In this document: one piece after another, positions 22,852 to 35,242 of the stretch | Position numbering within the stretch: the stretch's first letter is position 1 | Layout of the letters: every line of letters begins with the position of its first letter | Assembly (NCBI GenBank): GCA_012862495.1 | Contig: BLSG01000216.1 | Location: 375,492-435,770 of the forward strand | DNA length: 60,279 nt | Reading direction: 5' to 3' | Source of the DNA: Thraustochytrium aureum | Taxonomy: Eukaryota | Notes under the pieces: model-generated | What the model was told of the DNA's origin: nothing | Database searches by the model: none | Seen by the model: only the letters and a program-made list of their open reading frames with translations | Position numbers and translations under genes: made by a program

Positions 22852-24599
22852 NNNNNNNNNNNNNNNNNNNNNNNNNNNNNNNNNNNNNNNNNNNNNNNNN
22901 NNNNNNNNNNNNNNNNNNNNNNNNNNNNNNNNNNNNNNNNNNNNNNNNNNNNNNNNNNNNNNNNNNNNNNNNNNNNNNNNNNNNNNNNNNNNNNNNNNNN
23001 NNNNNNNNNNNNNNNNNNNNNNNNNNNNNNNNNNNNNNNNNNNNNNNNNNNNNNNNNNNNNNNNNNNNNNNNNNNNNNNNNNNNNNNNNNNNNNNNNNNN
23101 NNNNNNNNNNNNNNNNNNNNNNNNNNNNNNNNNNNNNNNNNNNNNNNNNNNNNNNNNNNNNNNNNNNNNNNNNNNNNNNNNNNNNNNNNNNNNNNNNNNN
23201 NNNNNNNNNNNNNNNNNNNNNNNNNNNNNNNNNNNNNNNNNNNNNNNNNNNNNNNNNNNNNNNNNNNNNNNNNNNNNNNNNNNNNNNNNNNNNNTGCTGC
23301 TGTGCTGCTGCTGCTGTGCTGCTGCTGCTGCCTCGCCGATGTCGTTACAGGTCTGCTCTGCTCAAGGTCTGCTGTTGTTTGTGCGTGCACAACGGGAGCA
23401 GCCAGAGCGGAAGACTCCAGGAGGTATCGGATAAACTCTGCTTTAATTTATTAATTATATCGTGATTCTTTGGCTCCAGGTTAGGGCGGTAGACTGGGGA
23501 GTCGTGCGCGATGCCCCCGTCGTGGATTTTGTTCATTTTGGATTGGTGCGCGGTGTGCGGCAGGCAGGCAGGCAGGAGGTGAGGACGCGAATGCGTGCGT
23601 GCATGCGTGAGCGTGTGTGAGCGTGTGTGAGCGTGCTCTGGCAGGCGAGCGGGCGGGCTGGCTGGCGCGTTGGCTGGCTGGCTTGGTGTGGAACGCGGGC
23701 GATGCCGCCGAGGCGGCCGCGACGAAACCTTGGTGGCGATGTGAACGCTGGCGTAGCGTCGTAGAAACCAGTTCGACGCTTCACCGGCAGGTCCATCGTT
23801 ACCGACGGAGGTGGCTGGCATGCAGAGAGCGGAGTGCGAGCCGCCGCTCTGCAGGTGACCCGCGCAGGTGACTGGCGAGCGCTTGCTTGCATTCGTTGTG
23901 GAAACCAAGGACTCGGTTGCGAATGGCTTGGCGAGGATCTGCTCGCTCGCTCCCTCGCCCGCTCGGCAAAATGAATGAACAACAATTCTCACCTCGACTC
24001 ACCTACTCGTCGGCTACGAGCATTCAATCGCTGCCAGGCCTGAGGCGTTTGTTTCCTGTGTGTTGATGCGAGCGAGCGAACCCGACCAAGCAAGCGGCCC
24101 AACTCGTCGTGAGCGGTACTCTAAACGTACAGGGCGTGGGACGCCGAGTGGTGCATGCTGCCCTCCTCTCTGCCTCTCTGGAGAGACGCGTCGTGGACTT
24201 CTTGCCTGCTGGTCCCCCTCTGTCGCTTGTCCATGCTGTGAGAGCACTCAAATCAATCATTCAACCACGCAATCAAGAATCATTCCAAATTCATCCATTC
24301 ATTCATTTCATGCTTTCTTTCTCACACTGAGCGCTGGAACAGGGCGAAGAGGCGCAGAGCCACAACACACCGAGCAGGGAGCGAGTGAGGCCCGAACCGC
24401 TGTCAGGCGAGCAAAGCCACGCGCAACGCTCGGCCAAGCCCAGAGGCGACCGCCGCGCGCAAGAGGCGGGCCAGGCCGCCGGGTCCAGAGCAGGCCGCGC
24501 AAAGCGGACCAAAAGCGCACTCGTCCCCCCCCCCTCTCCTCCCCAGAAGGCGAGGCGCGCTGCGCGAAACCAACCCACGCACCAGGCAGGCCAAGAAGG

Positions 24600-25919
24600 A
24601 TGAACCGGCTGAGGCTAGACCTGAGCGAAATCGAGGATGCCCCGCTAGACCACAGCTTTGCGGTCCAGAACGGGCAGTTCATCCGCGGGACGGTGGAGAT
24701 CTCCGGCAACGGGGTCTCACGAACAGACCGGGACCACTCGTACCAGGGCCTGAGCGGGTGCGACGTGTCCTTGGTGGCCGTGATCGGCCGCGGCATGTCG
24801 AGCCAGGTCAACCTGGTCCGGCACAGGTCCGGCACGTTGATGGCGCTCAAAGTGATCAACATGTACGAGCGCAACAAGCGCAACCAGATCATCGAGGAGA
24901 TTGCAGCCCTCTACGATGCCAAGTGCCCCGCGCTCGTGGGGTTCTACGGCGCCTTTTACCAGGAGGGCTCGATCAGCATCGCGCTCGAGTACATGGACCA
25001 GGGCTGCCTGGCCTCGATCCTCGGCCGGTACGGCCCCATGCCCGAGCAAGTCCTGGCGGCCGTAACGTACCAGGCGCTCTGGGGCCTCGGGTACCTGCGG
25101 TACGCCAAGCGCGTGCACCGCGACATCAAGCCCCAAAACATCCTCTGCAACTCGCAAGGCGAGGTCAAGCTGACTGACTTTGGGATTTCGAAGGAGCTCG
25201 AAAACAGCATCGGGCTCTGCCAGACCTTTGTTGGCACCTTCAAGTACATGTCGCCAGAGCGCATCCAGTCCCACCCGTACTCGTACGCCTCGGACGTTTG
25301 GAGCCTCGGTCTTGTGCTCCTAGAGTGCCTCACTGGCCAGTACCCGTACCCGGAGTGCAGGACGTACATCGACATGGTGCAGACCATCCTCGAGTCCCCG
25401 CCGCCGCTGCCATCCTCGGCAGTCTGCTCTGAGGAGTTCCTCGAGTTCGCAAATTGCTGTCTCAAGAAGGCGCCCACGGAGCGGGTCCGCGCCGAGGTCC
25501 TCTTGCGTGCTCCATGGCTTGAGCGGCAAGGCGCAGTCAGCATCGACGCGAGCAAGGAGATCGTCAGGGCCTGGCTCGCGCAGCAAAGCTTAACCAACCC
25601 AGCCTTCGTGACCGACGGCGTGGTCGGCTCTGCACCCCCAACATCTGCGAGGTCGGCAGCCACGGGGATTGGCAGGCCGTGGGACGCCTCCTCCACAAGC
25701 GATGGCGCAGGGCACAGCGCGCCAGCCGGACCCGGCGGTGCCCAGGCGCCGCCTGCAGCTCCTGCGCAGTTTCGCGGGTTCACCCCGTCTCCGCCTTCCC
25801 AGTTTCGCGGGATTACCCCTCCCGCCCCCCCAGGCGCCGCAGGCTCCGGCTGCAGCTGCCAGGTTTTTGCGGTCAACGCATCCGCGGGTCTCGCTCTCGA
25901 CGTCGACCCGGATGTCTGA
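24600..25919 (+). CDS. MAP kinase kinase (STE7 family)
   Basis: GRGMSS, ALKVI, HRDIKPQN, DFGISKELENSIGLCQTFVGTFKYMSPERI, SDVWSLG; basic/L-x-L N-terminal docking-like motif MNRLRLDL. Confidence 0.93.
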   Translation: MNRLRLDLSEIEDAPLDHSFAVQNGQFIRGTVEISGNGVSRTDRDHSYQGLSGCDVSLVAVIGRGMSSQVNLVRHRSGTLMALKVINMYERNKRNQIIEEIAALYDAKCPALVGFYGAFYQEGSISIALEYMDQGCLASILGRYGPMPEQVLAAVTYQALWGLGYLRYAKRVHRDIKPQNILCNSQGEVKLTDFGISKELENSIGLCQTFVGTFKYMSPERIQSHPYSYASDVWSLGLVLLECLTGQYPYPECRTYIDMVQTILESPPPLPSSAVCSEEFLEFANCCLKKAPTERVRAEVLLRAPWLERQGAVSIDASKEIVRAWLAQQSLTNPAFVTDGVVGSAPPTSARSAATGIGRPWDASSTSDGAGHSAPAGPGGAQAPPAAPAQFRGFTPSPPSQFRGITPPAPPGAAGSGCSCQVFAVNASAGLALDVDPDV

Positions 25920-26127
25920 CTGATCCTTGTCCCTGCTTCATTCCCTATCCCTTTCTTTAGCACATACAACGTACGTACGTTTCAGACGGCCTTGCGCCGG
26001 TGGCTGTGGCCCTGGCGAGTGCCCGACCGGTCTTGGGTTGCAAGCCGTGCCGTGCTCGGCGACCTGCCCGTCTTCGCCACCCCCCCCTTGGCGCAAGCGG
26101 ACCTCGTAGAACGCCGAGGCCGCACGG

Positions 26128-26235
26128 GAGCAAGCGAGCAAGAGAGCGATGGCATAGGCATGGTCTGCGGCGACGGGTGAGCGAGCGAGCAAGAGAGAGA
26201 TGCCATACGCATGGCATGGTCTGCGGCGAAGGTGG
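26128..26235. repeat. Imperfect tandem duplication (~55 bp) between convergent MAPKK and RPN5 3' ends
   Basis: GCGAGCAAGAGAG..GATG.CATA..GGCATGGTCTGCGGCGA occurs twice. Confidence 0.75.
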
Positions 26236-26238
26236 AGC

Positions 26239-27604
26239 TCATTTCTTAATGTTTTGCGCCATCATGACCTCCTTCTGAATCAAGTGGTTGGTCTTCTCCA
26301 CCAGCCCCAAAAGCTCCGAGATGTTGCCCGCCCACTCGCTCAAGTGGTCGTTGGGGCCCTTTTTGTGCACAAATGAGATGATCCCCGCAGGCCGGTCGAT
26401 CTTGGCGACGAGGCGCTCTGACGTTGTGCTCGTGACCATGCTCGAGATGTACCGCTCCACCTCGTCCTTCGGCAGCTGCAGCATTTGCGCAAGGCGCTCG
26501 GCGCGGATGCGCGTATAGTACTTGGCCACGACGCGCACGTCGTGCTCGATGACGCGGTCGCGGAGCTCGTCCAAGTACCAGGTGTTGCTCCCGCTGAGCA
26601 GGGGGCTCTCCGTGAGCTCGTCGTTCTCGGGCAGGGGCCACTGCGCGATCTCATCCGTGACAAAGTGCTTGAGCAGCGACTTGAACGCCGGGAGCTGGTT
26701 CAGTTTCTCGTCGAGGAGCAGCTTGTGCACGAGGTCGATTTGGTGGTTGCCGTACGGCGAAAGCGCGAGGAGGATGACCGAAGCCTTTAGCTCGGCCTCC
26801 CACTTTGCGCGGTCCTCCTGCACGCCAGGCGACCGATATATGGCAAGATAGGCCTGCGCCAGCTCGAGCGACTCCTTCTCGTGCGAGTGGTACTCGATCA
26901 GCAGCCGGTAGAACCGCACCTTGAGGTCCTCCAGGTCCGGCTCCTCGATCGTCTTGCGGTTTACCTTTTTGGCGATGATAAAGGCACGGATAAAGTCTTT
27001 CTTGGCAAGGCAGAGCCGCACCTGGTGGAGCAAAAAGTCGATCTTCTCGCGCTTGGTCATAGCACCATACGTCTCGACCTGCTCCTCCTGCAAAACATCC
27101 CGCGGCCCCCCGAAACGTCCCCCTCCGCCTCCATCATCTCGGCCAGCAGAAAGGTGAGCCGAGCGCGCTCGGCCTCGCAAAAATCTTGCCCTCCGAGACC
27201 TCGCGCAGCGTCTTGATGAGGCGGCGCCTCTCCACTTCGTTCTTGATATCCTCCACCTTTTCTGCGGCCTCCTGGATGACGACCACCTGGACCTGCTTGA
27301 ACTGGCCTCTGCGTTTGCACAGCAGCGTGATGTTGGCATTGAGCTCGTCCCACCGCTGCAGCTCCAGGCAGAGCTTGACAATCACCAAGGCGGTCTCCTG
27401 CACCACCTTGTTGTCCCCGCCGAGCCGCGCTCGCTTCTCCAGGTTGAGCAGCCTCACCAGGGCATCCTCCAAGTTCCCGCTCCGCGCGAGCTCGCTCGCG
27501 GCGGGAATCTCGCTTTGCGCCTCATCCGTGAAGTCCTTCTTCTTCACGTCCTTCTTCAAGATAAACGCGTCGGGGCCCGACTCCTTGGCCTCGTCCCCCG
27601 CCAT
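26239..27604 (-). CDS. RPN5: 26S proteasome lid subunit RPN5/PSMD12
   Basis: LLNLEKRARLGGD, LLCKRRGQFKQ, EGKIF, QVETYGAM..REK, RVIEHDVRVVAKYYTRI, AKIDRPAGII; indels near 27110-27185. Confidence 0.96.
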
Positions 27605-28149
27605 CGCGCCGCGCGCGCAGCAGCAGCGCCTCGCGCACCCGCCCGGCCGCCCGCTCGCACGCCCACGCGCCCTACCAACCGCGCAGCCCAAACCCTCCTC
27701 GNNNNNNNNNNNNNNNNNNNNNNNNNNNNNNNNNNNNNNNNNNNNNNNNNNNNNNNNNNNNNNNNNNNNNNNNNNNNNNNNNNNNNNNNNNNNNNNNNNN
27801 NNNNNNNNNNNNNNNNNNNNNNNNNNNNNNNNNNNNNNNNNNNNNNNNNNNNNNNNNNNNNNNNNNNNNNNNNNNNNNNNNNNNNNNNNNNNNNNNNNNN
27901 NNNNNNNNNNNNNNNNNNNNNNNNNNNNNNNNNNNNNNNNNNNNNNNNNNNNNNNNNNNNNNNNNNNNNNNNNNNNNNNNNNNNNNNNNNNNNNNNNNNN
28001 NNNNNNNNNNNNNNNNNNNNNNNNNNNNNNNNNNNNNNNNNNNNNNNNNNNNNNNNNNNNNNNNNNNNNNNNNNNNNNNNNNNNNNNNNNNNNNNNNNNN
28101 NNNNNNNNNNNNNNNNNNNNNNNNNNNNNNNNNNNNNNNNNNNNNNNNN

Positions 28150-29821
28150 CGTGGAGGGGTTCGAGGAGCAAGCTTGCGCGTTGGGGTGGATTATTCTCGT
28201 GCCAAAACTGGAGGCCGTGAACGCGCACTTTGACCGCGTGGCGAGCACGAGCGGGGAGGAGCCACTCTCAATCGCCTTTTTGAAGCGGCACGTAGTGTAC
28301 CCGTCGCCGTACCTCCGGGGCGAGTTTGTCAACTACGGCGGCGACAGACTTGTGATCGAAGACGGGGTAGTCGTTGTGCGAGGCAGCAGTCCCAGCGCCG
28401 GCGGCACTGGCGAAGCGCTCGCTAGACTCAACATCTTGACCGAGGAAAAGATGTTTTTCCAGCAGCATGGCTCGTACCGTGTGCTGTGCGTAGACAACAC
28501 GATGCCCTACCCAGTAAGACTTTCCAACAAGCACGGCCTCGGTGGCAGCGGGCCTGCTCCAACGGGCAGAGACGGCGGGAGTCAAGAAGGCGGGCAGCGC
28601 GCTTTGTTTGACGAGCAAGGCACTGCCGAAGAGTGGATGGCTGCGCTGAACCGCGACACGAGAAACGGCCCGGCACTTCGATACTTGGAGGAGTTTGCGG
28701 ATGGCGTCAAGCGGACGTACATCCTGGTCGCCAACCGCGTGGGTGTCTCCGACTTTGTCCGCAAGCTCGGCCAAGGGGTCGATCGGGGCGTCGAGCTGCT
28801 GGCCGAGGGCAACCCTGTGCACTTTGCCAGTCTGGCCTCGAGTGCGGCGTGCCGCGCTGCTGCGCGGCGTGCCGTCGAGGCGTACTTGTACCTCGGGGTG
28901 CACGAGATGGTGTTTATGTCTTTGGTGGGGCTTTACGCAGAGCAGGAGGCCATCTTGGAGGATCGAGCAAAGGCGCAGCGCGAGGAGGCCCCAAGTGGGG
29001 TCGCCATGCGCAACAGCCATCAGTTCTTCCAAGAACTCAATGAGCGCAGCGGCCCGCTCGCCAAGCTTCATTTCCTGCGGGACTATCTGACCGCGACCTC
29101 CAAGGCCGCCGACATGGACTTGAACGCCGACAACATCCTCAACACTCTCGTAGACCGCGTCGTTCACATGCCCGACAACCACTCTGCGCACGTGCTTGCC
29201 AACCTCCAGTACGTGCGCAACTTTTCTGTGGGCGGGATGCCAAACGAGCTGGTGTACCTCGCCCTGCAGTTTCGGGCAGCGGTTTCCTTTGTGCTTGGTG
29301 TCGGAGTGCGCGACATCGCAGACGCACACGGCGACGAGGCGGCGCGGCCGCAGATCATCGTGCACCCGCCCACCCCGCGCCGCCAGCGAGCAAAGCAGCA
29401 GTCTATCATCTCGGCCCGCCGGCTGCTCCGGCCCCTTTCGGCGTCCTCGGCCTCCTCCAACAGCTCGGCGTCAGCGCCGGGAACCNCGCTAAACTCGCCA
29501 GCGGGTCTGGGGGCCGCGCAAGCGAGGGCCGCGTTCGGCTCCCGCGCCGACGTCGCGCAGAGTAAACAGCAGCACGGGGCTGTCGGGCGACAGCACGCGC
29601 TCGCGCAGGGCCTGGGCCATGCTCTAGTACAGCTGGAGGCAGACTTGGGCACAAATGACCAAGCCTCAGCTTCTGACAGCGAGGACAGCACGAGCGGCAG
29701 CGACAGTGGCAGCGTCGACTCCGAGCCTGGGGAGGAGGCTCTTGGCGGGTTTCTCCTAGCTCTCAAAGGGTCTAGCGCCGACGTAGTGACCTCGTCGGCT
29801 GGTTCGGCGGGCGGGTTTTGA
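28150..29821 (+). CDS. VPS9-domain Rab GEF resembling the N-terminal half of ANKRD27/VARP (5' end in gap)
   Basis: IILVP..., ILTEEKMF...YRVLCVD (VARP N-domain-like); PLAKL..., LNADNIL, ANLQYVRNF...ELVYLALQFRAAVSFV (VPS9). Confidence 0.75.
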
Positions 29822-29887
29822 AAGGATTCTGGTCCCCCAACGGCCTGGGACCAACCTTGGGTGCAACGCAGGCTCGCTGCGATGCGC

Positions 29888-32838
29888 TTACAATAATGCG
29901 CGCTTGGCGAGCTCGACTGCGTGCTCGAGCTGGGCCAGTTTGATAGCGATCGCGCAGTCGCTATCCACGCGCGGGTGGCCAGAATATATGGGGGGCTGGC
30001 CAGGAATCGTAGGCTCTGTGAGACCCAGATCCCGAGCCGAGTCGGCGCTGACGCGGGCGCACGTGCTCTCGCGCGTCGAGCTGTCAGTGCCCGGAGAGTC
30101 AGTGCCCGGAGAGTCGCCGTGCGGGGCCGACTCCACGGGGTCGATCGCGTCGGCGCACCCGCCAGCAATTCGGCGTTCTAGCTCTGCGATGCGGCGCGCG
30201 TCCTTTTTGGCGCCCCATTCGAGCATGCGAATCTGGAGCTTGGCGTTCCCGAGCTCCTCGCGCAGGCTCAGGCTCGCCGTCACTTCTCGGTCCAGCTCCA
30301 ACTCCAGACGCGCCTGCGCCCCGGTTGCCGCGTAGAGATCTGCTCGGCACATCTCGAGTTGCGCGGTGAGGCCCTCGACGGACCCGTGCGACGTCGCGCT
30401 CGCGCGCTTGGAGGCCTCCTCAAAGCTGCCTTTGCGCTCGTTCTGAACCACGTCTCGAAGTGTGCCCAGCCCGGTGTCGGATCGCAGGTTTCGGGCTCGG
30501 CTGTCCAAGTCGTTGCTTGCTGCGGCGCGTCCGCAGCTTGCACACCAACGGTATCTACAATAGAGTCAGCGACGCGTTGCTCTGACATCGGCGCATCTTG
30601 GCGCTCAACAGCACATTGGCCTTTTTCTCTGTCCCCGCGCACAAGCGCCCTGTTTGCTGGCTCATGCCTCTGCTGTATTCCTCCCGAGGGGCTGCTTGAG
30701 GTGCGCCGCAAAGGCGACTTTTCAACAGCAGTTTCGCTGCTGCCCCCCGCCTTGCTGCCCTGCTGCGCGTTTCGACCCTGCGACGACGGCCGCTGGCCTT
30801 GAGAGCGCTCCTGCGCCCCCTTCGCAGCTTTCTTTTGCCCTTGCCCAATGGTGCTCACGGTGCGGCCTAGCAAGGCAGCCTTGCGATTCTCGGCGTCGAC
30901 ACTTTCATCGCCTTCGTCGCCTTCACTGCCGCTACTCTCGGAGCTTTCCTGCCCACAAACGGAAACGTCGACATCCTCGGGAAACGCAGCGGCAGCCATC
31001 TCTGTCTCGATCTTGATGCGGTTAGATTTGTCGCGCGCCGGTCCCCGTCGCGGATCCTCTGTCCCGCCATGCCGCCTCATCTCGTTTTCTCCGTCCGTCA
31101 TCGAGGGCCGAACCGGCTGCCCCGCGCCGCCGTGATTCTGCCCAGGAGCAGCGGCCTTTGCAGCGGCCTTGCTTACTTTGGTGGCCACCGTGCGTGTATC
31201 TACTTGGTCGCCCTCGCGGTCGCCGCTGCCATCGCCACGTTCGCTACGGTGTTGCCGTTTGTCGCGGTCGCCGTTTTCATCGTCCTTTCCAGGCATGTCT
31301 GGTGCGAAGCGATCTTCTCGTTCGCCGTCGGGAGCGCGCGCTGCACCGCTTGGGCGAGCGCTTTGGCCATCCGGCGCTTGCGGGTCTTTGATCCGCGTCC
31401 CCTCATCGCCATCTTCGTCGTCCTCGTTCTCATCACCAGCTGCTTCGCCCTCGACGCTGTCGCCGCCCCAATCGCTGTCGGCAGAGTTGAGAAAGGAGGC
31501 CTGGTCGGCGCCTTGGTGTTGGGCAAGCGCCAAGCCGGTGGTGTGGTCCACCGCGGTGCCAACCGGCGAGGCGCGGATCCCAGACAACCGTGGAGGGGCC
31601 GGGAACTTTGCGAGTTCTGCTTTGACGCCGGGGATGTAAGTCTTAAACCGTGTCTTGAGGTACTTGACCAGAGCTGGGGGCAGCACGTCCACGTCGATGT
31701 TCTTGCTAGCAACGGACTCGGGAAGCTGTTCGTTTAGCATGTCGGACTGGATGCTGGCCAGAAACGGTATGCGCTTTTTCACGGAGGCGGGCGTCTCTTT
31801 CCCAGTTGAGAGCGCTTTCAGGAGCGTCTTCCATGTTTGTGGCTTGAGGTTCGTCACGGCGGCAAGGAGGGTCGCGGTTGACCGCGCAGAGTTACACATT
31901 ACCCACCGGTCGTAGCAGTCAAACAGTAGTCTGAATCGCACCCCACTGCTTCTCGGCGTCGCTGGCGTGCTTCCGCCCTTTCCCGAGCCGGTTTCGGCCG
32001 CCTTGGGGCGCTCCGCTGCGGCCAGGCCCAAGGACGAAGCGGCCCGTGCCTCAGCAACGGACTTTCGCGCGAGCTCGACAGGGGTTCGCTTGCGCTTGGG
32101 CGCCCTTGCTTTCACAGCGGCGCCTGAACCCGCACTCTGCTGACCGGCGTTGCGCCCAGAGCTCGCTTGCCCGTCTTTTGGCGCCCCTTGGCGCTCTGAA
32201 GCGGACGAATCGCGGACCTTTTTCCCTTTCTTCGAATTTGGCGATGACGACGAGGAGTCACGTTCGCTTCCTGACGATGAAGCCGAAGAGGCCTCTTGTG
32301 GCCTGCCGTGCGCAATCCGTGGCGCAGGACTTGTGACTCTCGCCAGCTTCTCGCGGCGGCGTCTTGAGCTTGAGGACATCGATTCGCGGCCGCGTTTGCT
32401 GCTCGTTGCTGGTCTCCCGCCCTCGTTCGCGTCGAAAGGGTGGTTGAACATGACCTTGTTTCGACGCAAAAGATGCTCTAGAGTCGCATCCGCAGACGAC
32501 ATGCGGAACATATCTATGGCAAGAAGGTTCTGCGCGACGCCACGCATCGGGTTTGTCTCGACCCCACGAAGCCGGTCATCAAGTGCTTGCCGCACAGAGT
32601 GTGGCGACCCTCCCTTCAGCGCCTGTTGGAGTTCTTCAAACGAGTCTGCGTTGCGAAACAACTGCTCTGCCATCTCGACGTTGTCTGCAGCGAACATGAA
32701 ACGCTTCCAGTGCGAGATCTTCCACAGCAAGCCGCCGCTTTCGAGCGCCAAACGTGCCGCTTCCGAAAGTTTGTCCGGGCCCTCGTCCTCGGCCCGCCGT
32801 CGCGCATTCTTTCGGCCTGGCCGTCCCTTGGAGGCCAT
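29888..32838 (-). CDS. Hypothetical low-complexity, probably nuclear protein with C-terminal coiled coil (frameshift near 30500)
   Basis: 852-aa ORF overlapped by a 206-aa same-strand ORF; basic clusters (PKRKR); no family recognised. Confidence 0.6.
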
Positions 32839-33208
32839 CTCGTCGGCTCAGCTCCAGAGCACTCTCCTCCAGGCCTCCCGAAGCCCGCGCGGGGCTCGGG
32901 GCCGCCGTCAAACTGGGGTTGCCAGAAGCTCGAGCGCGTCGCAAGCAGCCTTCCCGAGCGGCGCCAGTAGCCTTCAGCGGATTTCNNNNNNNNNNNNNNN
33001 NNNNNNNNNNNNNNNNNNNNNNNNNNNNNNNNNNNNNNNNNNNNNNNNNNNNNNNNNNNNNNNNNNNNNNNNNNNNNNNNNNNNNNNNNNNNNNNNNNNN
33101 NNNNNNNNNNNNNNNNNNNNNNNCACAACGGAGCTCTGCCTGTTCGCGTTCGTGCGGCCCTCCGCACCGTGTGCGCGCGTTCCTCCCCTCCCTCGACCCG
33201 ACTCATCC

Positions 33209-33303
33209 AATCGATTACAATCATCCCTCTTTCCACGCAATCGATTAAACTCTCACCCGGACCGATTTGCAATCGATTGCCGTTGCTCGACACAATCGAT
33301 TGT
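33209..33303. promoter_or_regulatory. Four AATCGATT palindromes in a divergent promoter
   Basis: AATCGATT at 33209, 33239, 33271 and 33294; regulatory role inferred from position. Confidence 0.55.
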
Positions 33304-33575
33304 CGCGCCAAACAGCGGGCGCACAGGCGCACGACAACGAGCAGGCAGGCAGCCACGCACGCAGGCAGGCAGCCAGCCAGCCACGCAGGCAGGCAGGCAG
33401 GCAGGCAGGAAGGAAGGCAGGAAGGCAGAGAGAGAGGCGGGCAGAGCCACTTCTGGTGCGCTGGCGCTCCTGGAGCTGCTGCGGCTGGCGATTAGGGACG
33501 AGGTCGGCCAGGAACTGGGCCGGCGGTGACGAGCAGCGCCGGGGGCCTGGCGGGCGGCGAGGGGCCGGGCCGGAG

Positions 33576-35242
33576 ATGGACGGACAGGATGATCTCGCGA
33601 AGAGCATCGGGTTTGACTTTCAGTACACGAGGTACTCGAGGGACGAGGAAGCCACGCTGTCGGCGACGCTGGGGATACCCGGGTACGAGCCTGCACCGTT
33701 GTGGGAGAACGAGGAGTACCTCGAGACGAAAACGAATGTGAACCCGAAAGGGTACGTGACCCCCCGTGCGAGGGACTGAGCAAGGAGTTTGAGTCGTTTT
33801 TCAACGAGGCGTTCTGGAACAAAGCCTCTGCTGGTGCAGGCGGAAGCCAGAGCCTAACGCCCAGCGGGCGCAGCGCCAAGTTCGGCGGCGAGGACAACTG
33901 GGGCCCCGAGGGCGACGGAGCCGAAGGCGGGAAAGGTGAGCCAGCTACTGCACGTGAACTATTTATGAGACTGGAAAACGCCTTTGACGCCTGGGACGAG
34001 GCCAGGTCGAGCGAAGTGGTCTACCGCACGGACGGCCTTGCCAAGTTTTTGCCGCGCGTGCAGGAGGCGCAGGACAACGAGCGGAAGCGGTTTTTCCAGG
34101 CTCTTGCGAGCGAGGACGCGCGGTTTGCAGAGCTCGTGGAGCAGAGCGAGCGCATCCCTTCTGTCAAGGTTGTTGGCGAGGAAAAGCTGCAGTACAGCGC
34201 AATGCGAAGGATTCATCCTGTGACAGAGCAGCTCCGCATGCCAACGCAAGATGCAACGGTTCGTCTGTCCGCCCTGCGGGCCGGATGGTGGGTCCGCGTC
34301 GTTCTGACAAAGCTCGCGCAACACCCTGGCGACGCGGTCGAGCTGCGCAAAAAGTGGACCGCGATGCTGAGGGATTTTTTCATCAAGTCTCTGCGTGACG
34401 TGACCGAGCCCAAGGAGAAGCCGCGCACCATTCGCGGGATTAACAAAGGCCGCACAGGGAACGAGCACAAGGTGCCCAAGCTCTCCTCCAAGCAGCTCAC
34501 CTCCAAGGTCAACATCGCCGACTCCAAGCTCGAGACCTGGGAGTATGTCGCCTCGCTTGCGCAATATCACTTTGAGATGCAAATCATCGACCGCGACGCG
34601 TTTCTGGACGGCTTGCTCTTCGAGATGAGTATAATGCACCACGTGATCAACGACCTGCCACTGAAGAAGGACGCGCTCCCGTTGTGCATGTGCTACCTCT
34701 TCGTGCGCAAGCTCGTTGCCTATGCGCCGCACATGAACCAAGTGCAGCTGTGCAAGTTTTGGGTTCTTGTGACGCTCAACTTGCGCATTCTGTACTGGAC
34801 CACCACGTTCAAAGGGTCTGGCGAGGCGGTCCAGGACGATCCAGCCTACGAGCCTTACCTGTTGCTGTTGCAGGAAGCGGTGCGTTTCGTCCGGGACGTC
34901 ACACCTGTGTCAACCTTTCGCAAGTGGGAGAGCAACCCGAGCATCTCTGCGCCCGCCGACGGCGTGGGAGCAGCGGCTGGCAGCGGCGTCACCGGTGAGC
35001 ACGTGCCAGCGTTCCCGGTGCATGATGCGCTCGAAACCGCGGTCCCAGACATGCTTGTGTGTCGGTCGGCGCGCTTGGAGCGTGGCCGAGCGACTCTTTG
35101 GCTCGGAGGATGTTGCGGCCCCGACGGCGATGCTGCGGGACTTGGGAGCTCCGAAAGCCCCGCTGCGTCGGCGCGGGCAGCCGGGGCTGACGCCGCGTCC
35201 ATCCCTCGGGGCGGCGACATCGTCTGGCGGCCGCAAGCGGTC
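33576..35242 (+). CDS. MED12: Mediator kinase-module subunit MED12-like (N-terminal region; continues into gap; indel near 33765)
   Basis: LGIPGYEP...EEYL....KGY resembles the MED12 N-terminus; ERKRFFQALAS...IP...RAGWWVRV (Med12 domain); KKWT; WEYVASLAQYHFEMQIIDRDAFL. Confidence 0.7.

Noticed and set aside
33209..33303. AATCGATT array as a CRISPR-like repeat-spacer locus
   Set aside because: Repeats are only 8-12 bp with irregular spacing, no cas genes, eukaryotic context
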